Shown: positions 9,455 through 21,882, counted from the first letter of the stretch. The stretch is DNA of 64,000 bases from an uncultured Nitrososphaerales archaeon (GCA_963841565.1 CAWJCY010000001.1:64001-128000), one strand, 5' to 3'. Notes: generated from the letters alone by a model not told the origin. Program-made: numbers and translations.

Positions 9455-11429
9455 TTGTCTAGGAGCAATACTAAGTCTGGTAAGTTCATGCTGTCTCCGA
9501 ATAGCTTTCCTCCAAGTGGAGATCAGCCAATTGCGATATCCAAACTTTCATACGGAGCCCTAGAGAAGAGTGGTTGCCAGACTCTACTTGGGGTTACTGG
9601 TAGTGGGAAAACCTTTACAATTGCAAATGTGATAGCAGCTGTTAACAAGAACACTCTAATAATATCCCACAATAAGACGTTAGCAGCTCAGCTTTACACC
9701 GAACTAAAGGAATTTTTCCCGCAAAACAATGTAGGTTATTTTGTGAGCTTTTATGATTACTATCAACCAGAGAGTTACCTCCCTCAGACGGACACTTACA
9801 TTGAAAAGGACACTGAGATAAACGAAAGAATAGAGAAGATGCGGTTAGAGGCTACAGCAATGTTAATGTCTGGGGAGCCTACCATCATAGTTGCTACCGT
9901 TTCATGTATATACTCTATAGGCTCTCCTGTTGAATGGGACCAGAATTCAATACTGCTAGACAAAAATTCGAAGGTTGACCGAAAGTGGATTATCGGTAGG
10001 CTTATAGATGCTCGTTACGAAAGGAATGATCTTTCATTAAAGGCTGGAGGATTTAGAGTTCGTGGTGATACTATTGACATTATCCCTGCATACTCTGAGG
10101 AACTTTTGAGGATAGAGCTCTTTGGGCAAAATATCGAAATAATGTCTCTTCACGATCCTATCACCATGGATATCAAGAGAGAGATACAGAGAGTTAAGAT
10201 ATTCCCAGCCAAACATTATGTTGTTAGTGACGACAGAAGACAATCAGCTATCTTAGCTATTCGTCGGGAGCTTGAAGAATCGCTACCCAATCTCTCTTCT
10301 GAACTTGAAAGGCAGAGGCTCACCTCCAGAACTAATTATGATACAGAAATGATACAAGAGTTGGGCTATTGTCAAGGTATAGAAAATTACTCCAGACACT
10401 TCGACGGAAGAAATCCTGGTGATCCTCCGTATTGCCTTTTGGATTTCTTCGGTGAGGATTTCATTCTGGTTTTAGACGAGTCTCATGTTACTATACCTCA
10501 GCTACATGCTATGTTTAATGGTGATTATGGAAGGAAGAAAACACTTATTGATTTTGGATTTCGACTCCCAAGTGCGAGCAGATAATCGACCTTTGAAATT
10601 CAAAGAGTTTGAAGAGTACATGAACAACGTAATTTTCATTTCAGCTACCCCAGCCGATTATGAATTGAAACGGAGTTGGCAGGTTGTCGAGCAATTAGTA
10701 AGGCCAACCGGTCTAGTTGATCCTGTAGTTGAGGTGCGAGAGGCCCGAAATCAAATGCAAGACCTAATCCAAGAGATTCGAAGGCAAATAAAGAAGAAGC
10801 AGAGGACGCTAGTCACAACTTTGACAAAGAGGATGTCAGAAGACCTTGCAGATTTCTTAACTAAAAAAAATATTAGAGTAAGGTATATTCATTCGGAGAT
10901 AAAAGGCTTGGATAGAACTGAGCTCCTGCGTCAATTGAGAATCGGAGAGTTCGACGTATTGGTAGGTGTAAATCTACTTAGGGAAGGTCTTGATCTCCCC
11001 GAAGTATCACTAGTCGCAATTTTGGATGCTGACAAGGAAGGCTTTTTACGAAATTCTACCAGCCTTGTGCAGACTTTTGGAAGGGCTGCAAGAAATATTG
11101 ATGGAAGAGTTCTCCTTTACGCGGAGAGGGTCACTGATTCAATGAAACGAGCAATTGGTGAGAGCGATCGGCGGCGTGAAAAGCAGGTTGAATATAATAC
11201 GAGAAATAACATTGTACCAAGATCCATTGTGAAACCCATAACAAGCGCTGAGAATGATTCAATAGATGTGAATATTAAATCAATGAGTCGGTCAGATCTT
11301 GCTAAACTCGCGCGCAATACAGAAGCTCAAATGATAAAGAATGCAGATGATCTTAATTTTGAACGTGCAATTGATTTGAGAAGCAAATTGTACAAAATAA
11401 AAAAAGCCTTAGGAGAACCTGTATTTTAG
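9455..11429 (+). CDS. uvrB: Excinuclease ABC subunit B (one extra base near 10576; likely intact)
   Basis: GVTGSGKT, HNKTLAAQL, FYDYYQPE, GFRLPS/DNRPL split across frames, NLLREGLDLPEVSL. Span is 1975 nt = 3n+1. Confidence 0.93.
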
Positions 11430-11441
11430 AGGACTTAGGGA

Positions 11442-14358
11442 TTGTCTATGGTTGACAATATAATCGTAAAGGGAGCGCGCGAGCATAATTTGAAGAACAT
11501 AAGTGTTACTATCCCAAGGGATAAAATAGTAGTTTTTACTGGCCTGTCTGGCTCAGGCAAATCTACTCTTGCATTTGATACGATCTATGCGGAGGGACAA
11601 CGCAGATACGTGGAGTCATTATCAGCCTATGCTAGGCAGTTTTTAGAACTGATGGACAAACCTGACGTCGATTCTATTGATGGACTCTCTCCGGCTATTT
11701 CGATTCAGCAGAAAACGACAAACAAGAACCCACGTTCCACCGTGGGCACGGTTACAGAGATTTACGACTACCTACGTTTGCTGTACGCTCGAATAGGAAT
11801 TCCGTTTTGTCCCAATTGTGAACGAAGAATCAGTCGACAATCAACAGACGCCATCAGTGATTCGATACTTACATCTTTTGAATCAAGAACTGGGATTCTG
11901 CTCGCCCCATTAGTACGAGAGAAAAAGGGATCTTTTAGAAAGCTACTGGAAGGCCTAAGAAAAGACGGATTTCCGAAGGTAAGGATTGATGGCGTATCGA
12001 CGAATTTAGATAGTTACGCCAATAGCAATCAGGTAGGTGGTAATGCCGAGAGGGGGTCAAATTTACCTGATCTGGACAAAAAAAAGAAACATTCCATCGA
12101 GGTGGTTGTCGACAGGCTCGAAATATCCAAGGAGGAGCGAGCCCGGATAATTGAGTCAGTTCAATTGGCATTGCGTTTAGGCGAGCGGATTGGTTGCTAT
12201 GCTAGTGGATAACGAAGTACACCTCTATTCTCAGCAAAATGCATGCCCTAAATGCGGAATAAGCATGGCTGAGTTGGAGCCTCGCTCCTTTTCATTTAAC
12301 TCGCCATTTGGGGCTTGCAAAGCCTGCAATGGATTAGGCTTCAAGCTAAAATTCGACCCTGATTTAATAATTCCTGATAGGTCCAAAAGCATACTGGAAG
12401 GGGCTATCAAGCCTTGGCTAGGACGATTCGCTTCTTTCAGGTCCTCGAAACTCAGAGATGTTGGTAAACATTTCGGTTTTAATTTGAATGTGCCTATCTC
12501 GAAATTTACTGAAGATCAACTTAAGGTAATCCTTTATGGGACCGATAGACGCATTCATTATATTTACAGGTCGAGAAATTCGGAAAGCAAGTGGGAATAC
12601 ACTGGAAATTTCGAAGGCGTAATTCCCAATCTGGAAAGGCTCTTTAGTCAGACCGAATCCGATTCAAAGCGAGAAGAAATAGCCAAGTATATGCGAGAAC
12701 ATCTATGTGAGTTTTGTGGGGGGAAAAGGCTTAGAAAAGAAGCGCTATCAGTAAAGATTGACGGCAAATCCATAATGGACGTGTGCAATCTTTCAATTGG
12801 TGATTGCCTGGAATTCTTTAATCAAATTGCGCTTTCAACGAATGATCTGATCATTTCAAGAACCATATTGAAAGAGGTAAGAGCTCGCCTACAATTCCTA
12901 TTGGATGTAGGCTTAGACTATCTACAGCTAAATTGTACTGTCTCTACGTTGTCAGGAGGTGAATCGCAGCGAATTAGGTTGGCTACTCAAATTGGTTCGA
13001 ATCTTTCAGGGGTTCTCTATGTCCTAGATGAGCCAACCATTGGGTTACATCAAAGGGACAATGCAAAGCTCATTGCAACTCTGAAAAAACTTAGGGAATT
13101 AGGGAATTCGCTTATCATCGTCGAACATGATGAGGAGGTAATAAGAAGTTCTGATTGGGTACTGGATCTGGGACCAGGAGCTGGTAACCATGGAGGCAAG
13201 GTTGTAGCAAGTGGGAATGTAGAAGACGTATCTAAGTCGGTTGAATCAGTTACCGGCCAATACCTAACTGGCGTGTTGCTTGTCACAAGACCAAAGGATA
13301 AGAGAAGGAGTGCAAATAAATTCATCACAGTCCTTAGAGCAGAAGAGAATAATTTAAAGAACATTGATGTCTCCTTCCCGTTGGGTTGTTTAACTCTAGT
13401 TACTGGTGTCTCTGGTTCGGGGAAGTCCACTCTGGTCAATGATATACTGTTTAGAGGATTATCTGCTCATTTCTATCATTCTCGAGAACGGATAGGGAAA
13501 CACAAAGGGATTAGTGGACTTGAGTTGGTGGACAAGGTTATTGGAATCGATCAATCCCCAATTGGTCGTACTCCCAGATCAAATGCTGCAACCTATGTAA
13601 ATGCATTCACTCCTATAAGAGAACTATTCTCAAATACTCCTATGGCGAAGGAAAAAGGATTCAAGCCTGGAAGATTTTCCTTTAATGTTCCCGATGGCAG
13701 ATGCGAAGAATGCGAAGGTGTCGGGGTAAAGCGAATTGAGATGCAGTTCCTAGCTGACGTGTATGTAACCTGCGATACCTGTAAGGGTAAAAGGTACAAT
13801 TCAGAAACTCTAAGCATTACCTTCAAAAAAAAGACAGTCGCAGAAATCTTGGCTATGACTGTCGATGAAGCACTAGAGTTCTTTTCGAATATTCCAAGCA
13901 TATACAGAAAATTAGTCTTTCTTAGTAACGTTGGTCTAGGTTACATACGTCTGGGGCAACCGGCGACAACGCTTTCGGGCGGGGAATCTCAAAGGATCAA
14001 ACTTGCGGCAGAACTATCGAAAAAAGATACAGGAAATACCGTCTATATCCTTGATGAGCCTACTACTGGGCTACATTTCGCAGATGTTAGCAAATTGCTT
14101 TATGTCTTGCAAAGATTGGTTGACATTGGCAACACTGTGATCGTTATAGAGCATAATTTAGATGTGATCGCCTCTGCCGACTGGATAATTGATCTTGGGC
14201 CTGAAGGAGGACAATTGGGAGGAAGGATAGTTGCTTCCGGCACACCGGAAGAGATAGCACGAAATGATTGCAGTCACACAGGTAAATACCTCAAATCAAA
14301 ATTGTTTCCAAACCAGGTACTTAACACTATGATAAGAGAACAGGATGCAAGAAAATGA
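11442..14358 (+). CDS. uvrA: Excinuclease ABC subunit A (one extra base near 12183; likely intact)
   Basis: [27 protein letters not shown], two LSGGESQRI signatures, GVSGSGKS. Span is 2917 nt = 3n+1. Confidence 0.93.
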
Positions 14359-16004
14359 GCCTAGAACAAAAAATCATTCACATTCCCGACTGTCCGGGTG
14401 TCTATTTTATGAAAGATCAGAGCGGTCGAGTAATATATATTGGCAAAGCAAAAAATCTAAAAAAGAGACTAAAAAGTTATGTTGTGAACAAGTTTAATGA
14501 TGGTTATCACGCAATCAAGACAGCACGATTACTCTCAAGGGTTTCAGACATTGATTTCATTGTCACACTCAATGAAACAGAAGCATTTCTTCTCGAATCA
14601 AGTTTGATAAAACAGTATAGGCCAATGTTTAATATCGAGCTGAAGTATCAGCAAAAATATACATATCTGAAAATAACGGAGGAGGAATTCCCTCGTCTTC
14701 TTGTCGCTCGAAGGAACAGAAATGGCGACTTTTTTGGTCCTAAGGGAAAGGTCTACGGTCCATTTGTTTATGGTAGCTCCAAGATATTGTCCACAGGATC
14801 GTTGAGAAGATTGTTTAAGGTGAGAATTTGTAAAACATTGCCTAAAAAGCCTTGTTTAGAATTTTTTCTTAAGAATTGTGAGGCTCCATGTATTGGGAAT
14901 GTAACAAGAGATCAATATAGGGACAAGGTGACGATGTTACATGAGGTGCTTACAAAAAGGAGCAATATGGAAGAATTAAAAGGTAGATTGAGAGAAGAAA
15001 TGACTGAAGCATCAAGAAAACACAAATATGAGCTAGCAAAGGACCTTCGCGATACTATTCAAAGGCTTGAGAATATTGCAGTAAAACAAAAAGTAGAAAC
15101 AAATTCAAATCGAGGTGCAGATGAAGAATTCTTCGGTTTCATGGCGAACGAAGATACGGGAGTTGCCCACGTACTTACGTTGAAGCGTAGAAAAGGAGTA
15201 ATAATGGATAGGAATCATGCTAGCTTTGACCTCGTAGGAGATAATTCCTTATCTACATTCATAACGCAGTACTATAATTCAGATAGTATGATTCCAAGGT
15301 ATATTTATATAAATGAAAAAATTCAAGAGGCTGAAGCACTTCAAAGGTATTTAGAATCTATCTCCGGGCATAAAGTAACAATACTACCAGTTCAAAAGAG
15401 GCTTCATCATGACGATAGAAGTAAAATTATGGATTTAATTATGACAAACCTATTTCTCTACGTCGAACAAGGGTATCACCCGTCTCTTCTAAATCTTAGG
15501 AACAGGCTACAATTAGAATCTATACCATATATTATCGACTGTTTCGATGTATCAAATTTAGGAACAAGTATAGCTGTCGGCGCGTGTGTACGGTTTGTAA
15601 ATGGTGAATGTTCCAAATCCGGATATCGGAGATTCAGAATTCAAAATAAGGAAATACAAGATGATTTTGCCATGATAGAGGAGATAGTTAGGAGAAGGTA
15701 TCGACCAGATTCTAGTGAGAGTGTAAGCAAGGGTTTGCCACTGCCGGACATGATACTTATAGATGGAGGTAGGGGACAGCTAAACTGTGCAATCAAATCT
15801 TTGAAATCTCTTGGCTTGGAAATACCTTGTTTCTCTCTTGCCAAAGGTAATGAAGAAATCTATTCAACGAGTAGGAAGTACCCTCTCATTCTACCTGCTA
15901 ATGATGAAGGGTTAAGATTACTTAGGTATGTAAGGGATGAATCTCACAGGTTCGGCCTTAAATACAACATCAACATTCGCAGAAGTGCGGTTGGGAACCA
16001 ATGA
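14355..16004 (+). CDS. uvrC: Excinuclease ABC subunit C
   Basis: GIY-YIG (PGVYFM...IYIGKAKNL), Cys cluster, CFDVSN, IDGGRGQL, RDESHRF. Confidence 0.93.
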   Translation: MSLEQKIIHIPDCPGVYFMKDQSGRVIYIGKAKNLKKRLKSYVVNKFNDGYHAIKTARLLSRVSDIDFIVTLNETEAFLLESSLIKQYRPMFNIELKYQQKYTYLKITEEEFPRLLVARRNRNGDFFGPKGKVYGPFVYGSSKILSTGSLRRLFKVRICKTLPKKPCLEFFLKNCEAPCIGNVTRDQYRDKVTMLHEVLTKRSNMEELKGRLREEMTEASRKHKYELAKDLRDTIQRLENIAVKQKVETNSNRGADEEFFGFMANEDTGVAHVLTLKRRKGVIMDRNHASFDLVGDNSLSTFITQYYNSDSMIPRYIYINEKIQEAEALQRYLESISGHKVTILPVQKRLHHDDRSKIMDLIMTNLFLYVEQGYHPSLLNLRNRLQLESIPYIIDCFDVSNLGTSIAVGACVRFVNGECSKSGYRRFRIQNKEIQDDFAMIEEIVRRRYRPDSSESVSKGLPLPDMILIDGGRGQLNCAIKSLKSLGLEIPCFSLAKGNEEIYSTSRKYPLILPANDEGLRLLRYVRDESHRFGLKYNINIRRSAVGNQ

Positions 16005-16078
16005 CCAAGTATAATATTTCAGACAACCATTTTTTGGATGCTATTTGAGCCTGAAAACTGCGGAAACAGATTTATGAG

Positions 16079-17473
16079 GTGAGTAGGTACCTATTGCAAA
16101 AGCCGGTGTTTGTCATCGCTGGAACAACTAGCGGTGTAGGAAAAACGACTGTATCAATGGGAATTATGCGTAAACTTGTAGAATGTGGATTTATGGTTCA
16201 ACCCTTTAAGATTGGTCCAGACTTTATCGATCCTTGTTACCATACTTTCGTTACTGGTCGTCAGTCAAGGAACCTTGATCTCTGGCTAATGGGAAAAAAA
16301 GGAGTTTTAGAATGTTTTGATAGAAGTTCTTGGGATGCAGATCTCTCTGTAATTGAGGGGGTAATGGGCCTATTTGACGGGATCTCTGGGAAGAGGAATT
16401 TCGGAAGTACTGCACATGTCTCTAAGATACTTGATGCTTCAGTTATCTTAGTAGTAGATGCAGCCAAAACTTCACAATCCGTAGCTGCTATGATTCTTGG
16501 GTATACAAAGTTTGATCCTTGCCTGAATGTGGCCGGGATTATCATAAACAATGTTGGGAGCCAAAAACATTCTAACATGATACTTGAAGCATTGGGTGTT
16601 CACGTAAAGAAAAAACTTCTTGGGATCATTTACAGAAATGAGGAGATCCGTTCCGCCGAAAGGTATTTGGGGCTTATCCCCCCTATAGAAATTAAAGGCA
16701 AGGCTAAAAATGCTATTCTGAATTGTGCTAAATATGTTGCTGATCAGATCAACCTTGATAGCATACTGCCGCTTAAGAGCCGCAAAAGAAATCAAATTAA
16801 AGCTCACCGACAGCTTAAAAAAGAAAGAGAACCCTTATGTAAAATTGCCGTCGCATTTGATGAATCATTTAATTTTTATTATGATGATAATCTAAGTTCA
16901 CTTAGGAAAAATGGTGCCTCGTTAGTTTTTTTTAGCCCTATCAAAGATATGTCGGTACCGAAGGATGCTGACGGACTCCTGATAGGTGGAGGTTTTCCCG
17001 AAATATTGGCGCAACGATTAGAAATGAATCATTCAATGAAAATGTCAATACACAAATCGATTGTCAATGGAATGCCCACAATGGCGGAATGTGGCGGGTT
17101 AATGTACTTGACAAAAGTAATAAATGACAATCGAAGAATGAAACGGGGAAGATATTCGATGGTCGGTATTTTTGATACAGAAACTTCCATGACCAACAGA
17201 GTTACAATTGGGTATACTGAGGCTCAAGGTAGTGGTGAGCTAATGGATCGAATCTCTCATATCCACGGCCACGAATTTCACTATTCTGAATTAGTAAACG
17301 TATCTTCAGATTCTCAATTCTCATTTGACATGCAAAGGGGGCGAGGAATTAATGGGAAATACGATGGTTTAACCTATAACGCATGCGTTGCATCATATAT
17401 GCACTTACATTTTGCGGATACGAGAATACTTGGAAGAATTTTAGATAGGTGTGTACATTTTAGAAGGCGGTAA
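16079..17473 (+). CDS. cbiA: Cobyrinate a,c-diamide synthase
   Basis: SGVGKTT, KIGPDFIDP, IEGVMGLFDG, AECGGLMYL, GHEFHYS. Confidence 0.92.
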   Translation: MSRYLLQKPVFVIAGTTSGVGKTTVSMGIMRKLVECGFMVQPFKIGPDFIDPCYHTFVTGRQSRNLDLWLMGKKGVLECFDRSSWDADLSVIEGVMGLFDGISGKRNFGSTAHVSKILDASVILVVDAAKTSQSVAAMILGYTKFDPCLNVAGIIINNVGSQKHSNMILEALGVHVKKKLLGIIYRNEEIRSAERYLGLIPPIEIKGKAKNAILNCAKYVADQINLDSILPLKSRKRNQIKAHRQLKKEREPLCKIAVAFDESFNFYYDDNLSSLRKNGASLVFFSPIKDMSVPKDADGLLIGGGFPEILAQRLEMNHSMKMSIHKSIVNGMPTMAECGGLMYLTKVINDNRRMKRGRYSMVGIFDTETSMTNRVTIGYTEAQGSGELMDRISHIHGHEFHYSELVNVSSDSQFSFDMQRGRGINGKYDGLTYNACVASYMHLHFADTRILGRILDRCVHFRRR

Positions 17474-18147
17474 ATCTCATATAAGGTAACTTTCTGTAAA
17501 GCTTTTGATTTTTCCCAGTATTGATGAACCTCAATTATTCGGCTATGTCAGCGAGCATTTTACTCTCTCTAATATACAAAGCAGATGACTTAGACTGAGT
17601 ATACTACTAAGGGTAAAATTACTTCGCCACCTTTTGGCTACTAATAAAGTGACAGGCCTATGGTTTGCAGTCAGTGCTCGCATTCGTTTGATCGGTGCAT
17701 GCATTTAAGATACTCATGTGACAAAGTCCACCATTTTCCATAGGAAGTAATGTCAAATATAAAGCTGAATTGTACTTCAACTATAAGAAGAATCTGTTCT
17801 TCCAAACTACCATGGGTTGTTTGAAGTGAAAATATGTGGTTTTATCTCAAATAGAATTACTTAACACGAATTATGGCAATTTTGACTTAAATAACTGAGG
17901 GCGAAAAATTCCCGGAGCTGTATCAACGGCCTGATTTGTAATGCAAGATGTTGTGAACTTAGACTGCCCTAAGGGGGTTGTCTAGAACAAGTATACTTTA
18001 TTTTTTAGGTTATGCCCAGAATTGATCATATTTCATGTAGTTCCTGTATTACAGGCTAAATACTGCTAACTAGAAGAATTGAAATCGATCAATTTGGTGT
18101 TAGCTCAAAGGTATTAGTCATAAACCAATAATGCTCGGACGAGGGTA

Positions 18148-18585
18148 TCATTCATTACTCTCTGCTCGTAGTTTTAAACTAGAATTCATCATTTGAAAGC
18201 TTATTCGTATGTCATCGAACATTCTGGCATTTCCCAAATAAGCACCTAATCCCTTGAATATCTCTTTTTGAGTAAAGATTGTATCATGCTCTTCGTTCTC
18301 ATGGATTGTAAAGATATGCTCTCCATCCAATATTAGTGGGAGAATCGCTTTTCCATACCACCTCAATTCTGTAGGTGGATCCACCTTAGTAATCGTTGGA
18401 CGATAAACACGTGTTTTTTGAGCCGCTGTCCTTAATTCTATTTCGATCTTCTCTCCCCTAATAGGAGCCCCAGCAATCCCAATTATGAACGGGTTCCAGT
18501 ACTTATAAAGTTGAAAATCGGTTAGTACCTTCCACACCTTCTCAGGGTTTGATTTAATTTCTATCCGTGCGATTATCTCTTTCAA
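18148..18585 (-). CDS. SRPBCC/polyketide cyclase-dehydrase family protein
   Basis: IEIKSNPEKVWKVLTDF...WNPFI...ELRW...DGEHIFTI. Confidence 0.85.
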   Translation of the reverse strand: MKEIIARIEIKSNPEKVWKVLTDFQLYKYWNPFIIGIAGAPIRGEKIEIELRTAAQKTRVYRPTITKVDPPTELRWYGKAILPLILDGEHIFTIHENEEHDTIFTQKEIFKGLGAYLGNARMFDDIRISFQMMNSSLKLRAESNE

Positions 18586-18695
18586 GAGATAGGCGTCTCC
18601 TTTTCAATGGAAATTCTGTTCGCAATAGGCCGAGTAAATGTACTGATTGTATTATTGAAGTTTGGAGACAAAAGAATTCCGACCCACACTCAGGC

Positions 18696-19148
18696 TCACC
18701 CTGCTTTTTCTTGTTCCATCAATGATTCTAGTATACTAGCATTAACTTCGTCCAAATCGATATTTTGCCTTAGATACGTGCTGAGATCACTTGTGGTGAG
18801 AATGCCAATCAGCGTATTTGCATTTTTTACCAACAGATGCTGTATTTTGTTATCAACCATCTTCTTGGCTGCATCTTCGAGGGTTGCCTTATAATCAATG
18901 TATACCAGGGGAGAAGACATTATGTCATTCACTAACACCTCTGTGCTCTTTTTGTTCTGAATGCAGACTTTTGAGACTAGGTCTTTTTCGGTTACTATGC
19001 CAATATGCACGTCAGATTCATCAACCACTAACAACGATCCTATATCCTTATGCTTCATCTTCTTTGCAGCTTCCTGTGCCGTTTCATGTAGATGAATTGC
19101 TTCTAACTTGTGGGTCACTATCTTGTTCATTGATTCCAGTGTTAACAT
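18696..19148 (-). CDS. CBS-pair domain protein
   Basis: IGSLLVV...GIVTEKDL...IMSSPLV...GILTTSDL. Confidence 0.9.
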   Translation of the reverse strand: MLTLESMNKIVTHKLEAIHLHETAQEAAKKMKHKDIGSLLVVDESDVHIGIVTEKDLVSKVCIQNKKSTEVLVNDIMSSPLVYIDYKATLEDAAKKMVDNKIQHLLVKNANTLIGILTTSDLSTYLRQNIDLDEVNASILESLMEQEKAG

Positions 19149-19318
19149 CGATCTATGGATATTGGATGAAGTATATTATGGATACGATCGATTCGCTGAC
19201 TATATAATTTGCAACTCAATATGCAGACGAAGTACAAAGTGATCATCACCTTTTATCCTTGCAAGGAAAGCCTTTCAATTAACTAATGAAAAAATCCTAA
19301 GTCTACTAGAATATTACG

Positions 19319-20017
19319 TTAATTCTGATGCAATCTGGTCTTATAAATTAACATTAACGCATTGATTATTGAAGAGGCAGCTGCGCTACCTCCTTTGCGC
19401 CCGATATTGGTAATGGATGGAACTGGGGTACGCAATAATTCTTTTTTTGATTCGAGCGCAGAAATAAAACCTACTGGTATTCCAATTACGAGAGCAGGCT
19501 TTACTCTATTTTCCCTGAACATGGATATTACTTGAAAAAGGGCTGTAGGGGCATTACCTATAACCACTATACCATTTTGAATCTGAGCTGCCGAAAAATC
19601 CATTGCAACCTGAGATCGGGTCAGGTTATTATCTCGAGAGTACTTAGTAACTGAATCCTCTGAAATCCGACACAAAGTTTTCAGATTCAATTCCTTTGCC
19701 AACTGCTTATTTATGCCTGATAATACCATTTCTACATCGGATACAACATGGCATCCATTCTCAATCGCTGCAAAAGATGATGCGAATACGTCTCCATGAA
19801 AGGTAATTTTTTCTTTCCCTGCAAAATCAAAATCAGCCGTAGCATGAATCACCCTTCTTACGATTGCCCATTCAAGTGCATTATAGGTATGCGCTCCCAC
19901 TTCACTATCGATTATCGCGAAACTATCATTCTCGATTCCAAATGCTTTAGTTGACATTTTGCGCAGATCATGATCTGCGTTGTAGTAATTAGGTCTGGGG
20001 GAAGATTCCTCGCTCAA
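19319..20017 (-). CDS. cbiC: Precorrin-8X/cobalt-precorrin-8 methylmutase
   Basis: RRVIHATADFDF, VIGNAPTAL, GIPVGFISALESK, GRKGGS. Confidence 0.93.
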   Translation of the reverse strand: MSEESSPRPNYYNADHDLRKMSTKAFGIENDSFAIIDSEVGAHTYNALEWAIVRRVIHATADFDFAGKEKITFHGDVFASSFAAIENGCHVVSDVEMVLSGINKQLAKELNLKTLCRISEDSVTKYSRDNNLTRSQVAMDFSAAQIQNGIVVIGNAPTALFQVISMFRENRVKPALVIGIPVGFISALESKKELLRTPVPSITNIGRKGGSAAASSIINALMLIYKTRLHQN

Positions 20018-20760
20018 CTTCCATTGCCCTTTCCAAAACTATATTTGCTAATTGACGGTCAGCTCCCAAATGCTCTGTGAGGTACATATTAGTTGGATGT
20101 TGTTCCTTGATCGACGTATTGATTTCTCGCATTATGTCATATTTAATGTGAGCTCCTTTGTGCAAAAAATATGGCACTACCAGAAGACATTTGGGTGAAG
20201 AGGCCAAGGAATTTCTGATGCCCTCCATGATATCGGGCTCGTCGAGCTCAAGGAAACAGAATCGGACGCTTCTGAAATAAGACTTAAGTAAATCTACCAT
20301 ATAGTTGAACGCTTCTCTAGCCCTTCTATCACTACTACCATGACCAATTAGTAATAAATCACACTCCGAGTTTGGCAGCTGTAGGGCGTGCTCTCGCTTA
20401 GCTTCGTGGACTCTATTTACCACGACTTCGACCATCCGGGTGTTCCTGCTAAGTGGCCTGGCGATAGCCACTCGAACATCTTTTTTCACAGATATCGATG
20501 CTCGCTTTCTTCACAGAATCCTTCAACTTCATACCCGGATACAGAAAGTATGGAATAATGGTGATGAAGTCGGCGCCGTTAGCAATGCATTTTGAAATCC
20601 CGTCCTCGATATATGGGGGAACCACTTCCAAAAAGCAGTAAGTTGTATATCCGTACTTGCCAGGATAGGTCCTGTTAATAGTTGAGCAAATAATCTCCAA
20701 CTCTTCTTTAACTTCGGGCTCTCTACTGCCTCTATCAACGATCAGCATCGCCTTAATCAA
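19989..20760 (-). CDS. cbiX: Sirohydrochlorin cobaltochelatase, two-domain CbiX (one extra base near 20503; likely intact)
   Basis: DRGSR...CFLEVVPP...PYFLYPG, then GHGSS...CFLELDEP...PYFLHKGAH in the next frame. Span is 772 nt = 3n+1. Confidence 0.87.
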
Positions 20761-21843
20761 TTACTCAAATTCCATCCTAGCAATGGAAAGAGTAAGGTCA
20801 GGGGGAAATTTAAGTTTGGAGAGCACTAGAACGCCTTTAGAGCTCAACAGTGCAGCTGCTTCAGATACACTCTTGGTGCCCTGAAACCGTCCCACTTGTT
20901 CTGATGGATTAGGAACGTGGATTTCAGAAAGCTGATCGTCGTTGAAGGCTTCTATTGGAATTTGGTATGATCTTGAAAAATCAAGTAACCCACTGGCCTG
21001 GGCTTTATTTTCAATTGTAGCTATATTTCTTATACTCTTAAAGCTCAAAAGATTGTCCTGGAATACCCCAAAAATTGCCGATTCTATCTTTTCCTTGGTC
21101 GTATTCCAATGTATCCCGATCCCTACGACAAGACTCTTAGGTCTGTAGATTACCGATTTAGATGAAATTTCCTCATCTCGTAGAATCCTATCTGTAATTA
21201 TTAGGCCGGCACGGAACTCTTCAGACTTCAGGTTATCAAGTCCTGGCACTGGTCTGACGTTCCGAGGAAGACCCTTCCTTGGCCACCAATTGCGCTCTCC
21301 GGAGTCTTGGTAGAGCCCTATAGGCATTTCATTGACCATGCAAGCGCTTACTTGTGTAACGGTATCTAGGCCATCTATTGTCCATCCTAGAGTTCTCCCT
21401 AAAATGTCCACAGCTATAGTTTGATTAACGTCGGCGGCGGTAGTTATAACCGCCTTACTTCCTTTGAAAAAGGTGGATAGATCTGTTGCTAACGAATTCG
21501 CTCCACCCAAATGACCAGATAATGCGCTAATGACAAAGTTCGCCCTATCGTCGATAACGACAACTGCGGGATCGTATTTCTTGTTACCTAAAAAGGGAGC
21601 AATAAGTCGGATCACTGCTCCAAGAGAAAAAATGCAGATTAATGCATTGTTTGTCTTGAATAGTCTTTCCATAATTTGTGAAGTCGGCTCTTCGAACCAT
21701 TGAATATCTTTTGACGATTCATAATACTTTTGAGGGACATAAATCTTAACCTCAGGCCAATGTATCCTTATACACTTGGCAATTCTGATTCCATTCTTGG
21801 TTATTGCTACTACACTAATGGCTGATGGTCTTGGGTGATACAG
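20761..21843 (-). CDS. cbiG: Cobalt-precorrin-5A hydrolase
   Basis: DPAVVVIDD, SGHLGGAN, VITTA, VSEAAA. The frame continues upstream of the ORF-track ATG through the family N-terminus (ISVVAITKNGIRIA) to a CTG at 21843. Confidence 0.88.
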   Translation of the reverse strand: MYHPRPSAISVVAITKNGIRIAKCIRIHWPEVKIYVPQKYYESSKDIQWFEEPTSQIMERLFKTNNALICIFSLGAVIRLIAPFLGNKKYDPAVVVIDDRANFVISALSGHLGGANSLATDLSTFFKGSKAVITTAADVNQTIAVDILGRTLGWTIDGLDTVTQVSACMVNEMPIGLYQDSGERNWWPRKGLPRNVRPVPGLDNLKSEEFRAGLIITDRILRDEEISSKSVIYRPKSLVVGIGIHWNTTKEKIESAIFGVFQDNLLSFKSIRNIATIENKAQASGLLDFSRSYQIPIEAFNDDQLSEIHVPNPSEQVGRFQGTKSVSEAAALLSSKGVLVLSKLKFPPDLTLSIARMEFE

Positions 21844-21882
21844 ATTCGATCCTATTGGGTTGGGTTCCTAAACCCTCTTTTA

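Noticed and set aside
9455-14358. uvrB and uvrA as true pseudogenes or split genes
   Set aside because: Each has one single-base lesion in a shared context with no other decay, and essential srp54 shows the same lesion.
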